Positions 9,519 to 17,237 of a stretch of DNA of 64,000 nucleotides are shown here, one piece after another. Source of the DNA: a virus (lineage: Duplodnaviria > Heunggongvirae > Uroviricota > Caudoviricetes); IMG/VR virus record IMGVR_UViG_3300042868_014220. The stretch is one strand, 5' to 3'. The translations under genes and the position numbers were made by a program. Within the stretch, counting starts at the first letter, position 1; the number at the start of each line of letters is the position of its first letter. The notes below the pieces were generated by a model. The model was given only the letters and a program-made list of their open reading frames with translations. It ran no database searches and had not been told where the DNA came from.

Positions 9519-9590
9519 TTGTCACGATAGGATTTGAACCTATGACCGCTTCCGTATCAGGGAAGAACTCTACCGCTGAGTTACGTGACA
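9519..9590 (-). tRNA. tRNA-Ile (GAT)
   Basis: Anticodon stem-loop CTTCC-CTGATAC-GGAAG. Confidence 0.8.
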
Positions 9591-9721
9591 ATTTATTAAA
9601 ATCAATTGTGGGTTTCCATTTCCACTCCGACAACTTCAGTCAATGTGATTTGTGGTAGTGTACCTCTACCTTAGACACTTCGGAACGACCCACTGTATGT
9701 GGTCTGTCGTTAATTGATTAG

Positions 9722-9803
9722 TGGTTAGAACAGGATTCGAACCTGTGACAATACAACCTTTACAGGGTGACATAACCTCTTTGCCATTACGTATTACCTA
9801 ACC
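9722..9803 (-). tRNA. Type II tRNA, anticodon probably GTA (second Tyr-like) with imperfect anticodon stem
   Basis: Acceptor GGTTAGG/TCTAACC, T-arm ACAGG-TTCGAAT-CCTGT, loop CTGTAAA, long variable region. Confidence 0.45.
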
Positions 9804-9808
9804 ATTTG

Positions 9809-9892
9809 CGGAAGCGAAGGGAATCGAACCCCCAATACGTTGCAGTACTACTTGTTTTCAAGACAAGCTCCTCGTCCATTCGGACCACTTCC
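9809..9892 (-). tRNA. tRNA-Ser (TGA), type II
   Basis: Anticodon stem-loop CTTGT-CTTGAAA-ACAAG; long variable arm. Confidence 0.75.
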
Positions 9893-9898
9893 AATTTG

Positions 9899-9974
9899 GG
9901 TGACTAACGGGAGTCGAACCCGTGACCTCTTGAACCACAATCAAGTGCTCTAAACCAACTGAGCTATAGCCAAC
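9899..9974 (-). tRNA. tRNA-His (GTG) with encoded G-1
   Basis: Anticodon stem-loop CTTGA-TTGTGGT-TCAAG; extra 5' G opposite C73. Confidence 0.75.
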
Positions 9975-9980
9975 ATGTTT

Positions 9981-10073
9981 GCTGATTAAAAAGGATTCGA
10001 ACCTTAATCCTACTCCCTATTGTCTTCGGTTAAGAATATCGTCGGGTGGAGTGCTCCATTACACTATAATCAA
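9981..10073 (-). tRNA. Atypical elongated tRNA-like gene (93 nt) with ~20-nt insert in anticodon/variable region
   Basis: Acceptor TTGATTA/TAATCAG, D-arm GTGT-AATGGA-GCAC, T-loop TTCGAAT intact; no canonical anticodon arm found. Confidence 0.35.
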
Positions 10074-10122
10074 TCGGATGCTTCGAATCATCCATTCTCA
10101 AGGTAATTAATCTTGAGTTTTG

Positions 10123-10232
10123 CAGTCAGGACAGGATTCGAACCTGTATGTGATTTGACATGCTTTTTTATAATGCTTCCTAAATCACTTATCCGCCTTC
10201 AGTTTTTGCGTCTACCATTCCGCCACCTAACT
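10123..10232 (-). tRNA. tRNA-Leu-like gene with ~27-nt insertion (110 nt)
   Basis: Acceptor AGTTAGG/CCTGACT, Leu-type D-arm TGGCGGAATGGTAGACGC, T-arm ACAGG-TTCGAAT-CCTGT; internal GTGATTT...AAATCAC hairpin. Confidence 0.4.
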
Positions 10233-10293
10233 AAATTCTAATTCTATACAGTCACAACATGGGACCCTATGAATTAGTAACAGTCTCACCTCG

Positions 10294-10384
10294 TAGTCAG
10301 TAGAGGATTCGAACCTCCCATCTATGTGGCTACCGTATTTGTGGTGACTCGAACACCGCCTCTAAGACTGACCAACATCCGACT
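10294..10384 (-). other. tRNA-like element with two T-arm modules (double-T-arm), no anticodon arm
   Basis: Acceptor AGTCGGA/ACTGACT; hairpins GGTG-TTCGAGT-CACC and GGAGG-TTCGAAT-CCTCT. Confidence 0.35.
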
Positions 10385-10511
10385 ATTTTGAAAAGATATA
10401 TGGTGTCGCTCCACAGCCTCTACAACCTAAGGATTTTGCTCAGAAGGGATATTATCCGCTCCGTACTTATCCGAGTTGCTAACCCTGTCCTTTCGAGACA
10501 GATATCTTTTG

Positions 10512-10584
10512 TGGTACGAACTGGAATCGAACCAGTGGCACAAGGATTTTCAGTCCTTTGCTCTACCTACTGAGCTACCATACC
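10512..10584 (-). tRNA. tRNA-Phe (GAA)
   Basis: Anticodon stem-loop AAGGA-CTGAAAA-TCCTT; D-arm TAGCTCAGTAGGTAGAGC. Confidence 0.8.
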
Positions 10585-10591
10585 ATTTTTG

Positions 10592-10663
10592 TAGCCCCTA
10601 CGGGAATCGAACCCGTCTTTCTAGAATGAAAATCTAACGTCCTAACCGATAGACGAAAGGGCC
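10592..10663 (-). tRNA. tRNA-Glu (TTC)
   Basis: Acceptor GGCCCTT/AAGGGCC... anticodon loop TTTTCAT. Confidence 0.7.
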
Positions 10664-10797
10664 AAATTGACTTTACCTTACAAAGTCTAAGTAGGTTTAG
10701 TTGCGGTCTCTCCTACCTGATGAAGGCTCTTTTTGTGATTAATCATCACAGGCACGTTATTCATCATTTTAACACGAAGCCAACGTGTTGCTCATCG

Positions 10798-10863
10798 TAG
10801 TCAATACAGGATTCGAACCTGCCCTTGGTAATTACTCCCGTGGTGCCGCTCCACTAATTGACT
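10798..10863 (-). other. Short (66 nt) degenerate tRNA-like element
   Basis: Acceptor AGTCAAT/ATTGACT, D-arm GTGG-AGCGGCA-CCAC, T-arm GCAGG-TTCGAAT-CCTGT; anticodon arm absent. Confidence 0.3.
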
Positions 10864-10891
10864 TCTCCAAGATAATTAGTCTTGAAGATTG

Positions 10892-10966
10892 TAGTCCCTG
10901 TAGGATTCGAACCTACGACCTATTGTTTGTAAGACAACCGCTCTAAACCAACTGAGCTAAGGGACT
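10892..10966 (-). tRNA. tRNA-Val (TAC)
   Basis: Anticodon stem-loop GTTGT-CTTACAA-ACAAT; perfect acceptor AGTCCCT/AGGGACT. Confidence 0.8.
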
Positions 10967-11039
10967 GTTTTTTCTAATATGTCAAAGAACCATTTTCTAA
11001 ATCAACGATACAAAGGTAATGTTATTTTCGATATAAACA

Positions 11040-11080
11040 AAAAAACCCCAAACTTTATTTACAAGTTCGGGGTTTTTATA
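11040..11080. terminator. Intrinsic terminator hairpin (aaaaccccaaacttt...aagttcggggttttt)
   Basis: GC-rich inverted repeat CCCCGAACTT/AAGTTCGGGG-like with T-run. Confidence 0.5.
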
Positions 11081-11279
11081 TTTTATTATTTCTAACTAAT
11101 TTTAACCTATTGTATTTACCGAACTCCAATTTCGCACATTGCGATACCAGCTACAAACTTCTTGTTGCTTAATAAACGACGACTTATGTTCCATTGATGT
11201 TCTCATTTTCTAATAATTATAACAATAATAGGAAAAGTTTCTTATTTGTCAAATATATTTTTCAGAGTATTTATAAAAG

Positions 11280-11702
11280 ATGAGAAATTTAAGACAAATT
11301 ATTAAAGAGGAATTATTATTAGAGAAAAAAATTGGTCAGATTAGAGCCTCTCTTGAAATTGCGTTTTTATTTGATGTTATTAGAACAACTCATGCACATA
11401 TTAGAACGACTAGAACAGGTATTGAAAATTACGAAAAAAGAGATATTGGAAATGACGAAATCAATGAACTTATTAATATGTCAAAAAGTGAAATTGCTGA
11501 AAAAATAGCAATGAGAGAAATTGTTCATGAACAAGACTTTGTAATAAAATCTTTAAGATGGCAGTTGGCATTAGCAATTAGAGCTATTCACGTAGATGGA
11601 ACTTATTGGGAATTACTTGTTAAGACTGTTTTCAGAGAATCCAAAGATAATCCATTTAAAGTTGGTGAGGGTCAATTAGTCATTTATTTAGATTTTAGAT
11701 AA
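11280..11702 (+). CDS. Hypothetical protein with N-terminal IIKEEL motif variant
   Basis: Promoter-like TTATTTGTCAAAT upstream; protein-like ORF. Confidence 0.5.
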   Translation: MRNLRQIIKEELLLEKKIGQIRASLEIAFLFDVIRTTHAHIRTTRTGIENYEKRDIGNDEINELINMSKSEIAEKIAMREIVHEQDFVIKSLRWQLALAIRAIHVDGTYWELLVKTVFRESKDNPFKVGEGQLVIYLDFR

Positions 11703-11890
11703 AAAAAGGATAACACTTGTATCTGAATCGTTCCCGTGTTACCCTTGGTACCCATGTGATTAAGCTTGTGTATCTGAATCGTTCTCCTCAATCACAGTAC
11801 AAAGATACAACAAAATTCCGAACCACAAAATTTATTCTATAATTTTTTTAATTGTCTTTAATGAATTGATTACTATCTTCTATTTATAGG

Positions 11891-12907
11891 TTGATGAAAA
11901 AAATTTTATTTATTCTAAAACAAAGAAACATCTATTCAAATGGCGTTTATTCAAACGTTGACAGTGGATTACAAAACTCGGCGAGATTTGTAAATGATAT
12001 GTTGGTTAAAAACAAAGTTGACTCTACACTAGTACAAGTGGTAGATAATAACGAAATCGACAAATATTGTACTATACACAAACCTGATGTTGTAATCATT
12101 GAAGCAATTTGGGTTGTTCCAAGTAAATTTGAGGTTTTAAAGAAACTACACCCGAATATCACTTGGATAATTAGATTACATTCTGAGTTACCATTTTTGG
12201 CAAACGAAGGTGTTGCAATGGAATGGTTAAAAGAATATGTAAAATACGATAACGTATTTATCGGTTCAAATTCAATTTATTTGATTGATGCCTTGTCTCC
12301 GTATTTGGGAACCAACATCATCTATCTACCAAATTATTATAAAGTAACAAGTAAAGAATCTGTAATAAAGGAAAATAATTATGGTGAGATAAATGTTGGA
12401 ATCTTTGGAGCAATAAGACCAATGAAAAATGCATTAACCCAAGCGGTTGCTGCAATCAATTATGCTAATATGAATAATCTAAAATTAAGATTACATATAA
12501 ACACGGCAAGAGTTGAACAAAAGGGTGAAAACGTATTGAAAAATTTAAGAGCTTTGTTTGTTGATACAAGACACGAATTAGTTGAACATGCATGGTTGAA
12601 ACATGAGGATTTTGTTAAATTGGTTGGGACAATGGATATCTGTTTACAAGTATCAATATCCGAAACCTACAATATTGTTGCTGCCGATGTAGTTAATCAA
12701 AGAGTTCCTGTTGTAACCACAGATGAAATTCCATTTGTTAATAGTTTTAGTTCTGTTAATTCTAACAAAAATGTTGAAAACATTATCTACACTATGAAGT
12801 TTAATCTAAGATTCAAAACTGTGTTAACCATCTTAAATAAGTTCTATTTGTTTGTAAATTCAAAAAGAGCTAAAATGGTTTGGATGAATTTCATCCATAA
12901 TTTTTAG
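11891..12907 (+). CDS. Hypothetical protein (338 aa)
   Basis: Long ORF; no motif recognised with confidence. Confidence 0.5.
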   Translation: MMKKILFILKQRNIYSNGVYSNVDSGLQNSARFVNDMLVKNKVDSTLVQVVDNNEIDKYCTIHKPDVVIIEAIWVVPSKFEVLKKLHPNITWIIRLHSELPFLANEGVAMEWLKEYVKYDNVFIGSNSIYLIDALSPYLGTNIIYLPNYYKVTSKESVIKENNYGEINVGIFGAIRPMKNALTQAVAAINYANMNNLKLRLHINTARVEQKGENVLKNLRALFVDTRHELVEHAWLKHEDFVKLVGTMDICLQVSISETYNIVAADVVNQRVPVVTTDEIPFVNSFSSVNSNKNVENIIYTMKFNLRFKTVLTILNKFYLFVNSKRAKMVWMNFIHNF

Positions 12908-12988
12908 TACCTTGGGTCGGACTCGAACCGACACGACTTTCGCCACAAGTTCCTAAGACTTGAGTGTCTACCATTTCACCACCAAGGC
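12908..12988 (-). tRNA. tRNA-Leu (TAG), type II
   Basis: D-arm TGGTGAAATGGTAGACAC, anticodon stem-loop CAAGT-CTTAGGA-ACTTG, long variable arm. Confidence 0.75.
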
Positions 12989-12991
12989 ATT

Positions 12992-13083
12992 TCATTATCG
13001 CTTCAGCCACATCGGGAAAGACGCCTCCCCCGCGTTGTTTAAGTGTATATCTTGCGTCGTATCTCACTGAGCTACGATAATGA
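12992..13083 (-). other. tRNA-like element with 9-bp acceptor stem and non-canonical T-loop (possible pseudo-tRNA)
   Basis: TCATTATCG...CGATAATGA terminal helix; internal TAGCTCAGTGAGA D-arm-like segment. Confidence 0.3.
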
Positions 13084-13087
13084 TTTG

Positions 13088-13161
13088 TAGTCCCAGTAGG
13101 ACTCGAACCTACGACCTACGGTTTAGAAAACCGTTGCTCTATCCAGTTGAGCTATGGGACC
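13088..13161 (-). tRNA. tRNA-Arg (TCT)
   Basis: Anticodon stem-loop ACGGT-TTTCTAA-ACCGT. Confidence 0.8.
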
Positions 13162-13168
13162 ATTTTTG

Positions 13169-13248
13169 TACCTGGGGAGAGACTCGAACTCTCATTCACA
13201 AGGAACTGAGGCTTAAACCCAGCGTGTCTACCATTTCACCACCCAGGC
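13169..13248 (-). tRNA. tRNA-Leu (TAA), type II
   Basis: Anticodon stem-loop CTGGG-TTTAAGC-CTCAG; D-arm TGGTGAAATGGTAGACAC. Confidence 0.7.
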
Positions 13249-13250
13249 GA

Positions 13251-14024
13251 CTATAGTTTAAAACTCTCTTCAAACAATGTATGACTTTCGTTTTCTTCTG
13301 TATTCATTGTATGTAGAAGTAATATGGTTGAATTGTTAAAATTAAAAATAAACCTACCATCAGAACCTTCGTTGATTTCCCAACCACCAAAATGAGATTC
13401 TAATTCTCTATAACACCAATCTTCAATTCCTGCAGGAACAGCATCACCTGTTTCCTCAAATGAACCTTCAATATATCCAGAATCACCACCACCATTATAT
13501 GGTATAGTCAAAATACCATCTTCAGGAACTTCAATCTCTTTCATATCTGTTTCCATCCAACGCTCAAATCTTTCGATATCATCAGCAGCATCATATTCAA
13601 CTGAGTTTTCATTACCTCTACCATAATAAGAAAACCAATATACAACAGTAATTTCTCTATTAGGACAATCAATTTCAAGGTCAATTTTTTGATAATTTAC
13701 CATATCAATATCCACAAAATCTATTGATTCAAACTTACCTGATTTTATAACCTTGTCCATAATTTTTTGTAAAATTGGAGTTAGATTTTCAGGTATGTCT
13801 GCTCTATAGTTATTTTCAAAATGAGTAACGTATTTCCATTTAATATCATCTGATGTTAGTTCTTGTTGTTGAATATCTAATTCAAAACCTACCACACCAA
13901 CACTCATACCTAATGAACCAAGGTAGTTACATATCCTATTAAGATATTTTTTTTCGTCTAATGTTAAAATTCCATTCATAATTATAAATATCAGTCTTCT
14001 ATTTTCATTGTCCTTAGCATCCAC
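13251..14024 (-). CDS. Hypothetical acidic protein
   Basis: Protein-like ORF. Confidence 0.5.
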   Translation of the reverse strand: MDAKDNENRRLIFIIMNGILTLDEKKYLNRICNYLGSLGMSVGVVGFELDIQQQELTSDDIKWKYVTHFENNYRADIPENLTPILQKIMDKVIKSGKFESIDFVDIDMVNYQKIDLEIDCPNREITVVYWFSYYGRGNENSVEYDAADDIERFERWMETDMKEIEVPEDGILTIPYNGGGDSGYIEGSFEETGDAVPAGIEDWCYRELESHFGGWEINEGSDGRFIFNFNNSTILLLHTMNTEENESHTLFEESFKL

Positions 14025-14338
14025 TGAGGTCTTTTATTCTCTAATAAATTGTCAATCCACTCCTTTGCGGATGGGATATAGTTATTACAATCTTCTCTGA
14101 CGTGTTGTTCACCGACATAACGAGTGTAAACTATTTTCCCATCACTATTGGTAAATTCGGACCCAAATTTCTTCTCCATCTCAAAAATACCTTCACTATG
14201 GTGTCTAAACATTCTGTGTAAAGAATCCGCAATCCAACCTTTTGTTTCATCCAACCATTCGTGTAAATGGATGTAATCTTCAGGTTTTCCACCAAACTTT
14301 TTAACCGAACTTTTTGCGTGTATGTTAGGATGTGCCAT
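13991..14338 (-). CDS. Hypothetical His-rich protein
   Basis: ORF; possible metal-binding His residues. Confidence 0.45.
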   Translation of the reverse strand: MAHPNIHAKSSVKKFGGKPEDYIHLHEWLDETKGWIADSLHRMFRHHSEGIFEMEKKFGSEFTNSDGKIVYTRYVGEQHVREDCNNYIPSAKEWIDNLLENKRPQWMLRTMKIED

Positions 14339-14345
14339 AGTTTAT

Positions 14346-14801
14346 TTAATAATCTTTTCCTTTGTGAAGTAAGTAAGTTGCGTAATATTTTAAGTCCGTT
14401 CCTTGATAATAAATTACAACATAATAATCTAAATCTCCTGAGGGAATATAATTAATCCATATCTTGTCTCCGCACTCATTCACAGCTGAAATTAATCTTA
14501 AACAATCACGAGTACTATCTTCATCCCACTCTTCAATAATTGAAAACTTCATAACAATACCTGCCCTTGTCTTTGAAAACGTAAATGAAGAGTCAGTTAG
14601 GTTAACGTGAAAGTGGTCATATTCCCATTTAGTTTTTTTCTTCGGTTTTCTAATCTTAACATTTTCTGCATCTTCAATCATTTTTTTTGAATTTTTGAAT
14701 TGGTATCTGTATATGGAATCCGCTTCTAAATTCTGACCATTTGCTTCGGACAATCCGAAGATAAATAGGAACATAAGTCCTATGATAAATTTTAACTTCA
14801 T
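14346..14801 (-). CDS. Secreted/lipoprotein-like hypothetical (start set at MKLKFIIGLMFLF signal peptide)
   Basis: Upstream part of track ORF overlaps tRNA-Ala; internal Met followed by hydrophobic signal. Confidence 0.5.
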   Translation of the reverse strand: MKLKFIIGLMFLFIFGLSEANGQNLEADSIYRYQFKNSKKMIEDAENVKIRKPKKKTKWEYDHFHVNLTDSSFTFSKTRAGIVMKFSIIEEWDEDSTRDCLRLISAVNECGDKIWINYIPSGDLDYYVVIYYQGTDLKYYATYLLHKGKDY

Positions 14802-14815
14802 ATTATTTTTTTTTG

Positions 14816-14890
14816 TGGAGACAATGGGTATCGAACCCACCTCAAAAACATTGCAAGTGTTTTTCGCCAAGCCTTGGTACATTTGCCCCC
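14816..14890 (-). tRNA. tRNA-Ala (TGC) with G3:U70
   Basis: Acceptor GGGGGCA/TGTCTCC with G3-U70 wobble; anticodon stem-loop AAACA-CTTGCAA-TGTTT; atypical D-arm. Confidence 0.6.
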
Positions 14891-15077
14891 GTTGTTTCTT
14901 AAATGGAATCGCCATTTGTTGCTTTGTAAATTGCAATAACCAAACCAACCACCCAACCAACAATAACTAAAGTGATTAGGACATCTTTCATTGATAATTT
15001 TCTTAACATATTCATACTATTTTTTTATTTAGGTCACAAAGATACTATAAAATTCTTAATTACCAAATTTATTTTTG

Positions 15078-15160
15078 AGCCTCCTGACGGATTCGAACCG
15101 CCGCGTCCTTACGAAACCTGATTACAAGTCAGGTGCAATCAACCACTATGCGAAGGAGGC
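15078..15160 (-). tRNA. Type II-length tRNA with apparent anticodon TGT (Thr) - identity ambiguous
   Basis: Acceptor GCCTCCT/AGGAGGC, anticodon stem-loop CCTGA-CTTGTAA-TCAGG, ~14-nt variable arm, T-arm GGCGG-TTCGAAT-CCGTC. Confidence 0.45.
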
Positions 15161-15169
15161 ATGTTTTGG

Positions 15170-15241
15170 CGGTCTATGCGGGAGTCGAACCCGCCTCACT
15201 ACCGTGACAAGGTAGCATCCTAGCCGATGAACGAATAGACC
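15170..15241 (-). tRNA. tRNA-Asp (GTC), CCA encoded (15167-15169)
   Basis: Anticodon stem-loop CTACC-TTGTCAC-GGTAG; acceptor GGTCTAT/ATAGACC. Confidence 0.75.
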
Positions 15242-15464
15242 AAATTTCCCCACCCTGAGATTATGGATGAGTGGATTTTAACGGTTTAGTTTTCTTAAAA
15301 ACAAACACATTAGTGTCTTACCACATGAAACTATAAATCAACACTACTGGGAGGAATTGTGTCAGTTCCTTGGTCCCAAGACCCCCTCTGTAAAATCGTG
15401 GAGGGCTACAACTACATCATTGTTAAGAAACGATGCCAAATCTGTGAGTATCTCTTACTCATTG

Positions 15465-15538
15465 AGCGAGTAGTCGGTCTCGAACCGACCCTATTTCACA
15501 TTGGAAGTGTGATGCCATACCAACTAGGCGATACTCGC
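15465..15538 (-). tRNA. tRNA-Gly (TCC)
   Basis: Acceptor GCGAGTA/TACTCGC; anticodon stem-loop TCACA-CTTCCAA-TGTGA. Confidence 0.7.
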
Positions 15539-15973
15539 AATTTTTAATTTAAAATGTAAATCTCTATGACAATTAGAACACAAAATATCACACTTATCAA
15601 TTTCATTTAATATTTTTGTCTTATTTCCTCTCCTAATTAAAGTAGAAACATCAATATCTTTTTCCTCAGGATTTCTGTGATGAAAATCTAAAACCCAATA
15701 TCTATTCTCACCACACACCTCACATTTTAATGTTTTTTTATAATCCGTAAACCATTCAATTATTGATTGTGTAAATACTTTTGCTTTATCAATATATTTT
15801 TTTTTATTTTTTTCATAGTGTTTTTTTCTATAATCACTTTGACATTTTCTACAGATATGTTGAAACATTTTTTCTTTTCTATCATATCTCGATGCGAAAT
15901 GGATATCATCCAACGGCAATTCTAACTCACATTTAGGACATATTTTTATTTTCATATCTATAAATACTTCCAA
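15524..15973 (-). CDS. HNH homing endonuclease
   Basis: Zn-finger CPKC...CRKC plus LDFHHRNPEEK...CSNCHRDLH HNH motif. Confidence 0.75.
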   Translation of the reverse strand: MEVFIDMKIKICPKCELELPLDDIHFASRYDRKEKMFQHICRKCQSDYRKKHYEKNKKKYIDKAKVFTQSIIEWFTDYKKTLKCEVCGENRYWVLDFHHRNPEEKDIDVSTLIRRGNKTKILNEIDKCDILCSNCHRDLHFKLKIASIA

Positions 15974-16006
15974 ATTATAAAAAAACTTGGAAGTGTTAAT
16001 TATTTG

Positions 16007-16090
16007 CTGGCACGGTAGGATTCGAACCTACGGTGTGGTTGCCCAGTCAGGTTAACAGCCTGATGCTCTCGGCCTCTAAGCGACGTACCA
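16007..16090 (-). tRNA. Type II-length tRNA with apparent anticodon GTT (Asn) - identity ambiguous
   Basis: Acceptor TGGTACG/CGTGCCA, anticodon stem-loop TCAGG-CTGTTAA-CCTGA, ~14-nt variable region. Confidence 0.45.
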
Positions 16091-16097
16091 ATATTTG

Positions 16098-16170
16098 TCG
16101 AAAGTGTTAGATTCGAACTACGCCCCAACCTCCCAAAGGTTATGTGCTACCTGACTACACCACACTCTCG
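16098..16170 (-). tRNA. tRNA-Pro (TGG), weak T-stem
   Basis: Anticodon stem-loop TAACC-TTTGGGA-GGTTG; T-loop TTCGAAT. Confidence 0.55.
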
Positions 16171-16419
16171 AGTTAATTTTCCAATATTTCAAAGAACACT
16201 ACAAAGATAACAATTAAAACCATATAAAACAAAAAACCCCAAACTTTTTATGTTCAGGGTTTCTAATTTTTGGCTTTTATATTTCCGTTATTTTAGGTCT
16301 GAACATTTGCATAGATTCCCTGTACCGTCATTTGTCGGTGCTAAAGTCGCTCTATCAAGTGTATTCAAACTTTTCATAATGTCTTTATAAATATAACCAA
16401 TTATTTAAAAAAGTCAACC

Positions 16420-16683
16420 TTAAACGTATTTTTCAAACATTTTTTCCAAAGTTTTTTCTTCTTCAGGTATTAATCGGTAATAACAACCCGCTAATTTACT
16501 CATTTTTTCAAGGAACATACTTTCCATTAGTCCCATTTTTTTAGATTCTGAAGCTTCAACTAAAGGTTTGCTTAAGTAACCGTGAAATACTAATTCATCG
16601 ATGAGTTCATCGATTTCTTGTTTGTTACATGCTGATACGAAATCATCCACATCAACCTCAATGTAATTGTTAAATTCTGGCAT
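16420..16683 (-). CDS. Hypothetical protein
   Basis: ORF. Confidence 0.5.
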   Translation of the reverse strand: MPEFNNYIEVDVDDFVSACNKQEIDELIDELVFHGYLSKPLVEASESKKMGLMESMFLEKMSKLAGCYYRLIPEEEKTLEKMFEKYV

Positions 16684-16747
16684 ATTTTTATTTAATTTTA
16701 TTTTACAATAATATGGATAAATTTTTTGTTTTCCAAATTTTATTCAT

Positions 16748-17002
16748 TTATTTCTTTTTAAATTGTTCAAACCATTCTTTTATATAATCTGATATGTATG
16801 AATTTTGATTAACAGAATATTCAAATGAATCAATTTTATCTTTTAATTCTTCTGTAAATACTTCTATATCACTATACATCATTTGTTCTTGCCATTCAGC
16901 ACCAGCTTTAAAATCTGCAATTGGATATTCTTTTTCAACACCCATTGGATATTGCATTTTTACATAGTATTTAGCAGCCTCTTCTATTGTTTCTTCTTTC
17001 AT
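16748..17002 (-). CDS. ETIEEAA-domain protein (tandem paralog 1)
   Basis: MKEETIEEAAKYY...EQFKKK; paralogous to 17005-17235 and C-terminus of 17238-18137. Confidence 0.55.
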   Translation of the reverse strand: MKEETIEEAAKYYVKMQYPMGVEKEYPIADFKAGAEWQEQMMYSDIEVFTEELKDKIDSFEYSVNQNSYISDYIKEWFEQFKKK

Positions 17003-17004
17003 AA

Positions 17005-17235
17005 CTATTTCTTTTTATATTGTTGGATATGAGATTTATCTAATTTGTTTACTGAGTATTTTTGTGCAAATCTTAACATATCTTCCTCACTATACATTCT
17101 TTCTGCTTGCCATTTAGTACCTTTAATAAATCCTAATTTAAAAGGTCTAATATCTTTTTTTGATATAATAGGATTTTCTTTTTGAAAATTATTAAACAAT
17201 CTTTCAGCAGCCTCTTCTATTGTTTCTTCTTTCAT
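17005..17235 (-). CDS. ETIEEAA-domain protein (tandem paralog 2)
   Basis: MKEETIEEAAERLF...QQYKKK. Confidence 0.55.
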   Translation of the reverse strand: MKEETIEEAAERLFNNFQKENPIISKKDIRPFKLGFIKGTKWQAERMYSEEDMLRFAQKYSVNKLDKSHIQQYKKK

Positions 17236-17237
17236 AA

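Noticed and set aside
10388-10573. Track ORFs 8733-8951, 8808-8996, 10388-10573, 14782-14970, 15359-15547, 18512-18700, 20229-20492 and 7645-7851
   Set aside because: They lie antisense to or across tRNA and tRNA-like genes, have tRNA-derived peptide strings (GIEPV/GFEP), and are spurious.
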